NCBI RefSeq assembly: GCF_009914755.1
Contig: NC_060931.1
Strand: one strand, 5' to 3'
DNA: 64,000 nucleotides
Source of the DNA: the human T2T-CHM13v2.0 reference genome, Homo sapiens
Below, piece by piece: positions 39,770 through 54,158 of the stretch (the first letter of the stretch is position 1; each line of letters starts with the position of its first letter). The translations under genes and the position numbers were made by a program. The notes under the pieces were generated by a model. It was not told the origin of the DNA. It saw nothing but the letters and a program-made list of their open reading frames with translations, and made no database searches.

Positions 39770-40225
39770 AAGCATAATGTAATGAACATCTGTATGCTCC
39801 CACTCTGCTTCAGATATAAGTACTGTAACTTGGTGTCTTTGTATACTCACTCTTCCCCAATAACATTCATTCTCATCTTTTCCAGAGGTAACCAATCCTG
39901 AATTTTTTACTGCTATTTTAAATGGCCAATTCTTTAAAAGTATGTTTTCTATTTCTTGATATCTAGTCATGTTTCACCATGTATATAATAGCTATTATAC
40001 TACTAAGTTTGCATAATTGTCTTAATAGTTCTGCAGATTCCTCTTGGGACTTCTAAGAAGGCAATATCATACTTACAAAAAATAACAGTTTGGAATCTTC
40101 ATTTCCCATTCCTACATCTTTTATTTCTCTTTCTTGACTTAATCTGCACTGGTAATGACCTTTAGCATAATGTCAAATACAAGTGGTAAGAGAGGGCTTT
40201 CTTGCCTTGTTTCTTTATTGAATAT
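39770..40225 (-). mobile_element. Old L1M fragments
   Basis: ccagaggtaacca...ctgaatttt; aatatcatacttacaaaaaataacagttt...aatacaagtggtaagagagggc..cttgccttgtt. Confidence 0.6.
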
Positions 40226-42541
40226 ACTAGGTACTGTAGGTTGATAATATTGTTGTTAGGAAGCAAAATAATGTGATCAGGATTCTTTTCAGAAAAATCA
40301 TTAGTGACAGAAATATCTGTTGGAGCAGAATTCTTTAGGAGTCATATTACAAAAATAACTTCTATTTAATGGGAAAGTCATGGGGCCTGTGATGACCTAT
40401 CAATAGAATACACATTATGGCTCTGATTCTGATGGCTATAGTAAAAAACTGCATTTTTGCTTACTTGATTCACCAAGTTAGACAAATCTTAATATACCAA
40501 AAACTCACATGAGTCTTACTATGAATAATGTCTAAAAGTGTAGTTATCATGATTCACTACAGGGTCCATTTATGGCTCCTTTATGCAAAAAAGATCACCC
40601 ACGTTACTCAAAATCAAACTGATCTTTTTCAAATACAACCAATAAGATACTGACACAGAGCAAAGTCTTTTTAAAGATTACCCAACAAGTTTTCAGAAAA
40701 TTAAAAATTTCCAAAAAAAGCTGTCTTCCAGCTCAGTCAAAAGAACGTTATTTACGTAGTTTGGTGTTTGCAAAGTTATTTACATAGCTTGCTATTTATT
40801 AAAAGAAGTGGAGAGTAAATAATTACCCATCAAATATTTTATAAGTATATATCCATGTAAATGAGGCAATTTAATCTCAAACTTTGAATCTCAATATATT
40901 CAATAGTAGACTTTTTTTGTCTTATGGGCGCCTCATATTTTCCATTTTATTTTTCTATGTACACTCAGTTATGTAGGCACCAATTACATCTTACAAGTAA
41001 AATAAAGGCTTCAACCTCACTTTAAAAAAAATTCTAAGCACTTATGAAATTGCTAAATTAATAACCCCTGCATATGTTTCACTAAATCTTGGCTCCTGAC
41101 CTATTATCAGTAAATATATATTTCTAATAAAATGAATGTGTTTAATTCTGTAATTAAACGGCCCAAAGGAACAGTATCTGTGATAGCAATGAAGTCTAAT
41201 GACAATTCTGCTGACATTCTTCTATCTAAAAATGAAATCATGTGGAAAATGATTTCTACACTAGCAGAATAATTAAGACATAAGACAAAATTTGATTTGG
41301 TAGGAATGGAAGCTAAGACTGCCTCTTCTCTTGGGGAGATGGGTGACATTATTTATTTCACCACCATATTATGTTTCCAAGCTCTCTTTTTAAAATCATA
41401 TATATTTTTTTCATGTCTTAATTACAGCAACAAATCCAACAAACAATGAAGCTAATCTTGAGGGACTTTCTGTTTCATTTTACTGCATGGACATTTCTTG
41501 GTGTTGAACACAGCTTCTGAGAATGGGCTCTCTTTTGAGACTTAGTTATCTTTGGTTACACAAATATTTTCATTATAATGGTATCTCCTTTAAGTGGCTT
41601 TGATCTTTTTATGAGATGTATGCCTTTGTCTATACCAGTCAAATGAAAATTATATCTAGGTAAAGCATGTGAGGTTGCCAGGTTCCAGCACTGTTTATGG
41701 GAACCATGAGAAACATTTGATGAAAAACCACAAGGTAAGGCTTTATGACTTATTAACAAAAACCATAAAACTATTGTTACCAATATTTTTCTATAAAATA
41801 CAGATTATTTTAGTTCCTATCAAAATTTTCTAAAGAATAAGCATGTACTACAAGCAACAAGAAAATATAACCAATTAAAGTCTAAGCACCATTTTTTCAA
41901 AGAAAGTGTGAAGAGAATACTTCATTTGGATCCTGTCAACACTGTCTAATGACCTTTTTTAAAATTTGAAATGGCTGATTTTAAATAAAAGCTATTCTAG
42001 CTGCTCTAGAGAAGTTACACAAGGAAAATGCTACAATTCGACAATAAAAAATGCAATGAAAATTCATTCTCGTGTATCACAAGATTATTCTGTATTGTAC
42101 AGGCAGAATATTTTCAATGCAGCTGAAACCCATTAACCACTCTAGGCATAAATCACTTCATTCACAAAACATACAGCATCTAGAGTGCTTTATGTAATGC
42201 AGGATTTTTACCAAATAGTTATTTTCACTGATTTCAGAACACTCTGTTCTACCAAATCCTCCTGGGAGATTTCATGGGTTTTCATACACAAATGCTCTAC
42301 TTCTCGAAGAGGCTCTCTCATACCCCCATCTAGAGTATTTGCTACAATGTGTTGTGAAGGACTGATTGTCTCCCTCCCTTCCATCCTTCCTTGAGAGTGG
42401 GGATTAGACCCTAGTACTGGTAGCATCTATTGACCCTCTTACCTGCCCCTTCTAGGCATCAGGTTATGTTTTAATGCTTAGTGATAGTGGCAAAAGAATT
42501 CAGAAGGCTCACAGGTTCAGTGCACTCATTATTATCTATGA

Positions 42542-43117
<576 letters not shown>

Positions 43118-45454
43118 TAACCAAAGAAGCATTATATAGGGGAAAAAATCAAAACAGGTATGACTAGATACTAAATTGCTTAAAATGTCCATTTCCCACA
43201 TATATTATAGAATCTAGTAATCTCTGCCTGGTTACATGTAACTCTTATTTCTCCTGACGCATCCCACCCATCAGGTTCCACAAGCCAATATCCAGGTGGG
43301 CAAATCACAGGTGCTCAAAAATGTGTCTTGAAGGCATAAATGAAAAGCTTCGCATGATTTAAAAACATAAAGTTTACTTTTTCTCCTTTACTTTTCACTG
43401 GTTTTTAAAAAGTGAACATTTTTTTGCGCTTTATAAACTTCAAAAAGAATTCTATGGAATTTTAATATTCATGTTTCATACTTTTCTAAAGACATAAACT
43501 TTACTTTTCTACTTTACTTTTCACTGGTTTTTAAAACGTGAAAAATTTTTTGTACTTCATAAACTTCAAAAGGAATTCCATGGAATTTTAATAATTCATT
43601 TTCCACAGTTGTCTGTTTATCATCACTTTCAGACCACCAGTTCATTTCATTAATAAATAATAGTTCTAATGCTCATTTATTGCTAAAACTATCATCTCCT
43701 ATTAGGCATATTTCCTTCACAAAACACTCTAGGGGGCTAATGTTTTATCTAATAAGGTATCAATGAAAAAAGTGATTGAATTAGCTCTTTTCCAAATGAC
43801 TTGGAACTAAAAAGAACTCATATTCAGTATAACTTGAAGTTTCCATTCTTAGAAAGAGGCACTCTATCATAAATAGTTTCTGCCTCTGAATTATTCAGTT
43901 ATGTTTCATATTCCCTGCATACAAATTGTTCACAAGGTCACACTATGATCACAAACCTAAAAATCAAAATACATTTATACATCTTAGAAAGGTTATGTTT
44001 GCCTTGAAATGTATAAGCCAAAAGTTCTTCTTCTAATGTCCTTTGGTCAAAGTAGCTAAAATAAATTATATATTTTAGGTGTTAAATAAATAAATAATTT
44101 ACTTTAGATTTATTTTTAGATACTAGAATTTCACAATTCACTATGCAGGAAACAGTGAAAGTATCTCAGTTGCTCTCAATTTAAAGCTAGATAAAAATGA
44201 TAGAAAAACTTCAAAGTGGAAAGTGTACAAGCTAACTGGAGGCCATAGAAAGAATCACATTTGTGTTTTCAGTAAATGGAACATATTATCTAGGAGAACA
44301 GTTCAAATATAATTACTAAAATTAATATTTATAATAAATGAAAGAATTGCTGCAGGCATTTTTAATTGAAGAGTCAATTGAAGAGTCTGTCAGTGTGAAG
44401 TAGTTAAAAATCACTATTAGAAATGTCACAGTTATATATACATACAAATACAAATACAAAATTTACTTTTTATGTGCTTCCATCTTAAAGCAAGCAGAAA
44501 ATTTGTCACTATCTGCAATAATCAGTTATTTTGTGTGCTGGTGAAGAACATCATGGCTACAATAGAAAATGTATTTATCTACACAGAAGTAGGTGTTGTA
44601 AAGGAAAAGACACTAATTTCTTTCACAGAGAAAGAAATTACTGAGAGAAATGCTTAGAAAATATTCTAAGCAACTATAAAGCAACACATTAGAATCACCA
44701 TGTCTTTATGATATAATCCAGTAAAATCCAGTAGTAATATGCACTGAACAACACTACCAGACAATTATCACAATTTTAAAATAAACTTATGAAAGATATT
44801 TATCACACTAGAAATGCAAACTAAAGTCGTAAATTGGCAAATCCATATCATGGGACGATAGGACATTTTCCATCATTGTGCAATGATCATATACTCAAGA
44901 GGGTTAGCATAAAGATATTTCACAGAGACATCACACGCAATGGAAACATTTCATACCCAATCATATCTGTGATGAGAGAGACATAAAATGGCTTTTAGGT
45001 AATCTTTTTCACTTGCGAGTTGCTACAAACTTTGTCACAAGAGACACTTCTATACTGTAAGTGACCTAAAACATTTCCAATCTGTTTATTTCACCTTTAG
45101 TATACCTTACAAAAATTAGATTATATTTTTGTAATAATTACTATTCAAAAGCAAGAGAAGGCCTTAGTAGTATTTATTATCATCATTGCAACTAGAAAAA
45201 AAAGAAGTAGGAGTAGTTTCCTAAAGTCATCTTCCACACAATTATATATGCTTATCCAACTCTAGCTCTATTACTGTACTGTCAGCCAAAGATGAGTCAA
45301 AGTGGCTGCTCCATTAGTGACAGCAGGAGTGTGCCCTCATACTATGTGAAAGAAATTATTTTATTAGAGACCACCGACATTAAATTTTAGAAAAAAACTA
45401 TATGGATAAAATTTTTTCACAAACATATCTAAAGGTATTCAATATTAACTTATA

Positions 45455-45690
45455 CAAGTTGAATATCCCTTATCCAAAATACTTGAAACCAGAAGTATTT
45501 CAAATTTTGGATTTTTTTTTTATTTCGGAGTATTTGCACTATACTTACTGGATGAGCATATCTAATCCCAAAATTTGAAATCCAAAATACTCCAATGAAC
45601 ATTTCCTTTGAGCATCATATTGGTGCTCAGCAATCTAAGAATTTTGGAGCATTTCAGATTTCAGACTTTTGGATTGGGATGCTCAACTTA
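45455..45690. mobile_element. Tigger4a/MER46-type MITE
   Basis: 236 bp; TIRs caagttgaatatccc / gggatgctcaactta; flanking TA. Confidence 0.85.
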
Positions 45691-45983
45691 TATATACGTT
45701 AAAAAGTATAGATATGTCTGCCTTTAGGAAAATGTAATGAGTGAAGATCCAAGCTTTTAAACACACTAGATAATGAGAAGCAGGTGTAGTGCCAGTTAAC
45801 TCAAAGATTCTTCACTTTATATTATAAGCTATTGCAGGGATTCATAAATACAGACTTTCTGTATACATTCAACATGAAAAAACCCACAAAATACCAGTTT
45901 AGTCTCAATTCTATGGAGTACAAGCATGGAATGAGGAACGTCTGCATTTCTACTATACACTCAATGCTTCTAACATTCTACTT

Positions 45984-46501
45984 ATAACGGGTGACAGATT
46001 TATGCCACTCCAAAATATGCCACTTTGACGTAAGGATTACTTTAAGCTAAAGGCACTTGACAAACAGCAGATGTAAGAAGGGCATTCTAATCTTTCCCTT
46101 TTCTTCCTGAAAGCAGGAGATACAATTTTTCATGTGAAAGATGCCTTGCCTGTACCAGGAGGAAAAAAAAACATTATTCCATGGGAAGTCATGGCAGGGG
46201 GCGCAGAGGGGCTTCTGTACAAACACACCTTGTTAAAATGTGTTAAAATAATTATCTTCCTTTAGCCTCACCACATAATTTAGTCACATTTCCACAATTA
46301 GGTCTCTTTGTTCAATCTAACATAAAAGTATGTACGTTTTTCCACCTATTGGGTCTTCATTTCTTTATGAGGGCTCCTGCGCCACCTAAAACTTATTTTA
46401 AATTTGTTTGCTTTTCTCCTATGACTCTGTCTTATGTCAAATTAATTCTCAGGCCCAGCTGGGACCCTAAGAGGGTAGAGGTAAAGTTTGCTTCCTGTAC
46501 A
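45984..46501 (+). mobile_element. ERV1 solo LTR, MER34 family
   Basis: tatgccactccaaaatatgccactttgacgtaaggattactttaagctaaaggca...taca; about 430 bp from the exon donor. Confidence 0.75.
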
Positions 46502-46927
46502 TTTACCAATATGATTTCTATTACACTTGCATTTTAAACTAATGATTTAGAAAACTGATGCCTATAGGTCTTGTACACATTGTCTGCTAAACATCAACTG
46601 AAAATATAAGCTACAAAGTATTCCCGTGGGAGAAAAAAAAAATCTTCCAATTTGGAATAAGGTAGTTGGCCAAAAGCATTTTTTGGTACTTTGTTGAAGT
46701 GTCTGAGTTTTTTTTCTAAGAAACACACGTGCACACACATACCTACATACACACTCTGATAGTGTACCTTATCTATGATACTTAAAAGGAAATTTTCAAA
46801 CATAAACTATTCCAGTATAAATTTCATGATCAGTCTTGGCTGAGTTACCTGAATAACCTATCTGACATAGTTTTGTTCTCACCTTTGAAATCCAATTACA
46901 TCAACAAGAAGATAAAAGATGACTTAC

Positions 46928-47030
46928 CGGCCCAAAAGAATTACTGTCAAAACTGTGTCCATGATGATCACCTTCAACCCAGATGTGACCACGGGGGACT
47001 TTGACATACCGGTTTTTGTGTCCTATGGTT
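46928..47030 (-). CDS. IMMP2L: Internal coding exon (103 nt, commonly exon 5) of mitochondrial inner membrane protease subunit 2 (S26 signal peptidase family)
   Basis: Minus strand reads ttatttccAG|A ACC ATA GGA CAC...TTT GGG CCG|GTaagtc. The translation [34 protein letters not shown] contains the S26 box-E-like GD...S.DS..FG motif and matches recalled human IMMP2L. Canonical AG/GT boundaries. Confidence 0.96.
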
Positions 47031-49049
47031 CTGGAAATAAACAGTGTAACCACTGAGATATGAGTAGAAAAGAGATCAAACTGCTGGGCATACAAACTTA
47101 GGAATGGTGAAAATATTATATAGATGTTACAGACAGGTTAACCATGAAGCTTCTCCATAATTTCATTTTTAAGGAAGATGTGGTTAGAGCAATTTGAATC
47201 TATTCATAGCATTTTTTCTTTTTATATTTCTATAGGTAAGAATTTTGTGCTTAGATGAAATGTATTGGCACTAAATATAATGTGTTGTTATTTAATAGAA
47301 TTCACAGTATTCTAAATATGTATTTATGAAATCCGGTAAGCCCTAACAAAATATAGATCTATTTGTTTTTTTAACATTTGCTTTTAAGTCAATATTCAAC
47401 TTTTTCAACTGATTCATGCACAACTACAGTCTTCATTTTTTTCGGTCAAACTTCTCAAACCAATAGACAACACTTTTCATAACCTCTTAATACTCTAAAT
47501 TTTAGCATAAGTAAGAAATAAAGGAAAGAACATAATCTGAATAACTTCTTGTTAGATACAAACTATCAGTATCAGTTGAAAATTTTTAACCAGCACTAAA
47601 GTATTCCTAAAAATGAAATTTTTTTAACAATTGTGAAGACTAAAGATCGATGATACACACGTTGCAAAACATTCTATATTAATGTTGGCAAGGAAATGGA
47701 CTAAGAAAAGGCTATCTCACGCAGTTTTTGTAGCAATGTATAATGGTATAATGTTTTTCCCTATACTTCCATTTTAGGCCAATTTTTGGTACAGTTTTAA
47801 GATACTAAAATGTTTATGCCTCTTGACTTAGTTATTCTACTTGTAGAAATCCATTTGAAAAATAAAATCGGAAATATAGACAAATTTATTCATTACAAGG
47901 GGTGTTCAAACAAGGCTTTTTATAGCAAAAAAAAAAAAAATAATTTACCTAAATATTCAACAACACAGAATTGGTTCAATAAATTATGATACAACCAACT
48001 AAACGAAAGAGACAGGCTTACAATAAAATATTATCCTAATCCCACAATAAGAAGTTATTTTGGGGCAGAGACTGCTTTTTTTTTTTTTTCTCTTTTATCC
48101 CCTAAAAAGCTCAGGAAAACGCCTGGCCTAAAGAAGCTTCTCAGTAAGTGTTGGCTGAATGAAGGAATGAATAAATATCACCTCCAAGGCTGCAGAGTTC
48201 AGAAATTGAGCTTGGCATAGATACTGTTCTTTGAGGTGGTGTCCCTTTGAGACTATTTTTATTAGTTAGCAATTTGTATGTGTGCAGAATAATGTATTTT
48301 AAAAAACTAAACATAAATTGGTGCTACAGAAACTGAAACTATTCATTATCTAGGATGGTTTTTAATTTTCAAGATAATTTCAGTGTTGAATTACTTTACT
48401 TTAGATCAGTAAATCATTCATGCAACGAAGCAATATTGTGGCTGTTAGAAAAGCCCACAGTAAGTTAATGACTGCTGTTTATTTTTAATTACTATTGCGA
48501 AGAAAGTTTTCAGCTTTTTAAAGAAAAGTGAAAAACAAGTTGAACACATCTTACCATCATATACTCTGTAATATAAGTGTTCTTCAATTAAAATCAGTCA
48601 ATTAGTTCCTGACATCACTACAGCTTTTATTATTAGATTGCCTCTAAGAACTAATATTCTACATGAAATGTTAATGACAAAGAGAATATCCTTTTACTTA
48701 ATTGTTGGCAAGGCATACTCTCCAAATCAGTCCAAACGTTTGTTCACCTTATTAAGCTGGGTATTCTGGATAAATGCTCAGAAAGAAAACAATTACCAAT
48801 TTTGTCTCTTCAAATAACCATTCAAGAATTACAAAGGAAAACCAGCATAAAATCATTTCTGCAGTGACACGGTGAGTTTTAAATCAAGCATATTCCAGAA
48901 ACCAGAAGAGTGATATGAAACCAAGATTGAGTTTTAATGTCATATAAGCCAAGATACTTGTGATAGAAAGCAACAGCATCATAAAAGACCAGTGACAGTT
49001 ACACGTTTCCTTGCACTGACCGTCTTATCTGAAAAATTTAAATATAGCC

Positions 49050-49278
49050 TTTATCCTGTTATTTTCTAGCTGCTTACAGTGCTTTATTTTTCTTTTCTGA
49101 GCCTGCTAACACTTGATATACATTTATGGGTTTGTTTGTTTATTTTTTATGTCCCTCCACTAGAATGCAGTCTTTGGAACTTTGCCTTATTTGTTCATAA
49201 GAGTATCCCCAGAGCCCAGAACAGACTACACAGAGTGCTCAGTAAACATTTGTTAAATGAATGACCAAATGAATGAAT
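49050..49278 (+). mobile_element. L2 3' end
   Basis: gtccctccactagaatg...gtatccccagagcccagaacag...gtgctcagtaaacatttgttaaatgaatga. Confidence 0.8.
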
Positions 49279-49462
49279 ATCTGAAGAATAAAAAATACTG
49301 CCATAAAGGCAGAATAATAGAGTGGGAAGTACATAGGTTCTGGAAACAGACTAAACCAGTTTTAATTTTGATACGATTACTCACAAGTAATCTTTTGCAA
49401 GTTACTTAGAGTTTCTACCTCTATTTGCCCATCTTTAAAGTGGGACAAGACATACCCTAACT

Positions 49463-49984
49463 CAGCAGTCCCCAGCCTTTTAGGCAGTAGGGACTGATTT
49501 AATGGAAGACAATTTTTTCATGGACCAGGGTGGATGGGGGAAGGTTTTGGCATGATTCAAGCACATTACATTTATTGTGCGCTTTATTTCTATTATTATT
49601 ACATTGTAATATATAATGAATCAATTATACAACTCACTATAATGTGGAATCAGTGGGAGTCCTGAGCTTGTTTTCCTGTAACTAGATGGTTCCCTCTGGG
49701 GGTGATGGGAGATAGTGACAGATCATCAGGTATAAGAGTGTCATAAGGAGCATGCAACCTAGATCCCTCACATGCGCATTTCACAACAGGGTTCATGCTC
49801 CTGTGACACTTTAATGACACCACTGATTTGGCACGAGGCGGGGCTCAGGCAGTAATGAGAGCAATGGGCAGTGGCTGTTAATACAGATGAAGCTTCCCTT
49901 GCTGCTCACCTCCTGCTGTGCCGCCCAGTTCCTAACAGGCCACAGACCAGTACCAGTCCGTGGCCTGGGGGTTAGGGACTCCTG
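49463..49984. mobile_element. MER1A hAT-Charlie inserted in a MIR
   Basis: TIRs cagcagtcccca / ttagggactcctg; 8-bp TSD ccctaact (49455-49462) / ccccaact (49985-49992). Confidence 0.88.
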
Positions 49985-50029
49985 CCCCAACTGGGCTGAA
50001 ACGAAGGTTAGTAGTTGGATGAAAATATA

Positions 50030-50330
50030 ATGGAAAGATTGTTATACAACATAGTCTCTGGAGCCAGCCTATCTTGGCTTTTGTATCTTACTTAACATTT
50101 TCAAGCTTACATGATCTGCACAAGTTGATGAAACTCTGTGTCAGTTTCCTCAGTTACACAGCTGGGCAAGTAACAATACCTAACTCAAAAAGTTATTCTA
50201 TAGATAAAAGTGGCATATATTAAACACTTGATAAGTGGATTCTCTTGTAGTTGAGACTGTTTTTAATTTAAGTAAAGCGCTGAGTATAGTTCTGATGTAT
50301 AGTCAGAACCCAATAAATGGTAGTTATTAT
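50030..50330 (+). mobile_element. MIR
   Basis: tctggagccagcct...caagtt...ctctgtgtcagtttcctca...taacaatacctaactca...aataaatggtagttattatt. Confidence 0.7.
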
Positions 50331-51589
50331 TGCTATTGTCTTCCTTTGTCCATTATTTTCTTTCATTTTATAAGTCAGAATGTGTTCAGCCTCTGCTATC
50401 TATTAGCATCAGTTTTTTAAAATTACCTGAACTACGCTTCAGTAATTTCCTCTCCCTACGGTTGCACTGTGACTATAGACTATTTTTAATGGTACAATCA
50501 ATCTTTTTTTTCTTTTGCTCCTACGTCCTTCTGGGACACTCTAAAACTTACATGTAAAAACACTATCTGTGTTCTGCATATTCAAATATGCAGAGAGTAG
50601 TAAGTGAAAGTATACTCTATTTGTGTTTTTACCTACTAGTCTCTTGTATATTTGAATATTGCTATGCTAATACAGAGTGGTTTCCTAGATACCAGACAGA
50701 TTTGAAAGAACTCTTCGAGCTATAGAAGAACCCTGGTAAAATTCACGCTATATCCTAGTGCATATTCTGTTTCTTGGGTTTCAATCTAACTTTTTAAAGA
50801 ATAATCCAAAGTAGCTTTAAAAAATATGATGTTAAAATATTGGGCTGGTCCCTTTTAGGACTGCCAAAGAAATATAATACTCCTAATAGAATTTCTCTAG
50901 AGAAAGAATTTTAAATAGCTTTGTGCTCCTGAATTCACATAAAAGAAAGACAAGATAATCTTTTAGGTGATTTAACAGTTAAGTGAGGTGTCAGCCTACA
51001 AGGTTGTATGTATCTATGACTTGCAAATAATTTTGGTTTTGACAGTCAAAAATGAGCTCTGTATGGTACTCTAACTACCTGTCTAAAAGAAAAGGCATTT
51101 TTAGTACTACCTTTACCAAGACAAGTTACCTAGGTCTTATAAATGGAATAAAGAATCATTACCTCCAGTTTGATTTGACCTTGAAAACAATGTTTTTAAG
51201 TCTCTGAATCTTTTGAGTGTCATCGGGTGAATACAAAAGTATTGTCTAGGTAATTCTTGTTTCCACAAGAAAGGAAGAATTTCTTCTTAAAAGTATTTCC
51301 CAAATACATATACACACACACACTCTTAAGTAGGTCATTTATATTAATAATTCATGATTGATTTAAGGTATTCTTATTTCTTTATTTTTCAAATTATTCT
51401 CTTAGCTTTTCTCATTTTCCAAAATAGTGGCTGCCCTGAGGATGTTTACTGCTCCCTGGATACTAGATCCATGGTTTTCATTGTCTTGAAGGACCAGAAG
51501 TCAGGGGCTCTGGACCCAGAAATATCAGCAGTTAGAACTAGGTCTCTTTATCATTGTTAACAGATAGAACCAGAAAAAAAAAAAAAAAA

Positions 51590-53092
51590 TCCACCATCAG
51601 GAAAGAAAACTAAAAGGAACACTTGCCTATGCAGTGTTGGCCTCTGAAAGAGAAAAAAACTCTCTCTTGAGAATCCACCTTCCGCTCTCAAGTGAAACTA
51701 AGGTTCGAATTCACACTACTTGGGTAGTCTGACAAAGTTAAGAATCAACTTTAATTGGCCCCAGGCATCTGGCAGAGAATAATCCCTCAAATGTGGTTTT
51801 CAGGTTTTCTATAGATAAATCCCAGCTGACAAGAACCCACAATCCAAAATTACAAATCTCATTTGGAAATACCCACCTTAGTGAGTCAGGACAAACAATA
51901 AGTAGCAAAATTAGACTCCCACAAACTTCAAATACTGGATTTATGAATATACATGCTATATTTAAATATTTTAAAAAGTATAAAGGGAATTAAATACATG
52001 AGTAAGGAAGAATATAATATTTTAAAGATAGACACTTGAAAAAGAACCAAATAGAAATTCTAAAAATTAAAATATATAACTAAATAAGTGGGTTAAAAAG
52101 CAAATTACCATGAGTTAAAGAAAGAAGTAATGAACTGGAGTAGAATTCAATACAGAGAGCTAAAGAAATGGAAAATATTAGAGACATTAGAAAGATATGG
52201 GAAGCATTGTAAGAAAATGTAACATCTGTGTAATCAAAGTTCCAAAGAAAGAGAATAAAAAGAAACAAGGAATAGATAATATTTGAAGAGATAGTGGTAG
52301 AGGATTTTCCAGAATTGATGAATGAATAAATGTGCTGGGCCTCAGAAATTGATATCCCAAAATACGGCACTTTGATGTGCTAAACTGAAGAAGCCTCGAG
52401 GTCTCTCTGACCTCCTTCCACCTCCTGTTTCTCAACCCATTGTCTCTCCTAAATAAAGCTCATGATGAAGCTGTTCCCTGACGTTCCCTTATCTCCCTGA
52501 AGTCCAGACTGGCTCAGAAGAAAATGGTTACCTCTGGTCCGTTCCCTGAGTTTTCATTAACTGAACTCATATCGCAGGAAAAAAGTCTGAAGTCTCAACA
52601 TACCTGAACAGACTGGTCACAAACCATCGTCTGCTTTGTGGGTCCAACTTGTCTCAGGCCATTGTATGTTCAACCCCATTGAATTCCCATAAAAACCATC
52701 TATTACCACCCTAAAATTATCCACACTTCCCCATCTCCCTTCCCCCTAAAAAGAAGGGTATAAAATGGTCTGTACTCCGCTGCATGGTGTACTTGCTCTG
52801 TGACCCAACCCTCCACGGCACTTTGTATGCCTTCGCTCCTATTAATCTGCCTTTTGTCAGTCACTTTTCAGTCAATTTTCAGAGGGCTAAAGGGAAGTTT
52901 TCCTTTGACCACTACAAATGCAGGTTCTGGAATCAGTGCAAATAACAAGCAAAAATCAAACTATCATACGTTGTAATGAAATTGTAGAACACTGAAGTCT
53001 CACTACTCCCAACCTCAAATTCTGAAAAGCTTCCAGAGAAAAAACATGGACTACCTTAAAAAAATAATAATAAAATTAAATTGACAATAGAG
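51590..53092 (+). mobile_element. Old L1M 5'/ORF1-region fragment, interrupted by an LTR
   Basis: aaaagaaccaaatagaaattctaaaa...aatatttgaagagatagtgg..gaggattttccagaattgatgaa ORF1-like. Confidence 0.65.
52333..52916 (+). mobile_element. ERV1 solo LTR, MER39-like
   Basis: tgctgggcctcagaaattgatatcccaaaatacggcactttg...ctaca; 4-bp TSD AATG (52329-52332, 52917-52920). Confidence 0.8.
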
Positions 53093-53340
53093 TTCCCTTA
53101 TTGGGGTATAATTTACATGAAATAGAATTCGGCAATCTTAACTATACAACTCAATGAATTTAAAAATCAACAGTCACATAATCACTATTTACATCAAGAT
53201 ATGAAACACTTGAGTTACCCAAAAACGTTTCTTCATGTCTCTCTGTGAGAAATCTACCCCACCCTCATCCTTGGCTTCAGGCAATCACTGTTATGCTGCT
53301 TTCTGTCACTACAGTTTTGCCTTTTCTAGAATTTTACATA

Positions 53341-53703
53341 CAGGCATACGTTCAATATATTGTCGGTTCAATTGCAGACCACCTCAATCAATAAATAAAG
53401 CAATATTGCAACAAAGAAAGTCACACAACTTTTTTGGTTTCCTAGTGCTTACAAAAATTATGTTTACATTATACTGTAGTTTATTAAGTGTGCAATAACA
53501 TTATATCTAAAAATACATACCTTAATTTAAAAATATTTTATTGCTAAAAAATGCTGACAGACACACAAAACCAACATATTCTTTTGGGAAAATGGTGCCA
53601 ATTGACTTCCTGGATGCAAGGTTGCCACAAACCTTACATTTATAAAAAATTTAATATCTACAAAGTACAATTAAGGGAAGCACAATAAAACAAGGTATGA
53701 CTG
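53341..53703 (-). mobile_element. Internally deleted Tigger1
   Basis: TIRs caggcatac / gtatgactg; TA TSD at 53339-53340 and 53704-53705. Confidence 0.85.
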
Positions 53704-53914
53704 TAAATGGGAACACACAATACGTATTCTTTTATTTCTGGCTTCTTACTTTAGTCTAACGCTTTTGAGATCAGTTCACATTGTTCAAACCAAAGTAGTT
53801 TGTTACTTTTTTAAAAAAATAGTATACTACTATATGAATGTACCAGAATTTGTCAAACAATAGTTCATGAACACTTTAGATGTTTCTAATTTTTGACTTT
53901 TTACACAAATAATT

Positions 53915-54034
53915 TCATATTTTATTTAAGATTCAGGGGGTACATGTGCAGGTTTTTTACATGGGTATATTACATGATGCTGAGGTTTGAGATGTGAATG
54001 AATCCATTATCCAGATAGTGAGCACAGTACCCCA
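53915..54034 (-). mobile_element. Older L1PA (L1PA13-16-like) 3' fragment
   Basis: gattcagggggtacatgtgcaggttt...atgatgctgaggtttg...atagtgagcacagtacc. Confidence 0.75.
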
Positions 54035-54158
54035 AATTCTTGAATATGAACACTAAAGCAGCTATGAACATTTCAGTATAAGTATGACACATTTTCATTT
54101 CTCTTCTATAAATGAAATGGTTGGCTCACATGGTACGTGAATGTTTAAACTGTAAAAC

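Noticed and set aside
46901-47095. 64-aa ORF as a standalone gene or read-through isoform (MYAQQ...VSHLLSSC)
   Set aside because: Only the central 103 nt are exonic. The flanks are intron beyond canonical splice sites, and I saw no nearby minus-strand poly(A) signal supporting a truncated isoform.
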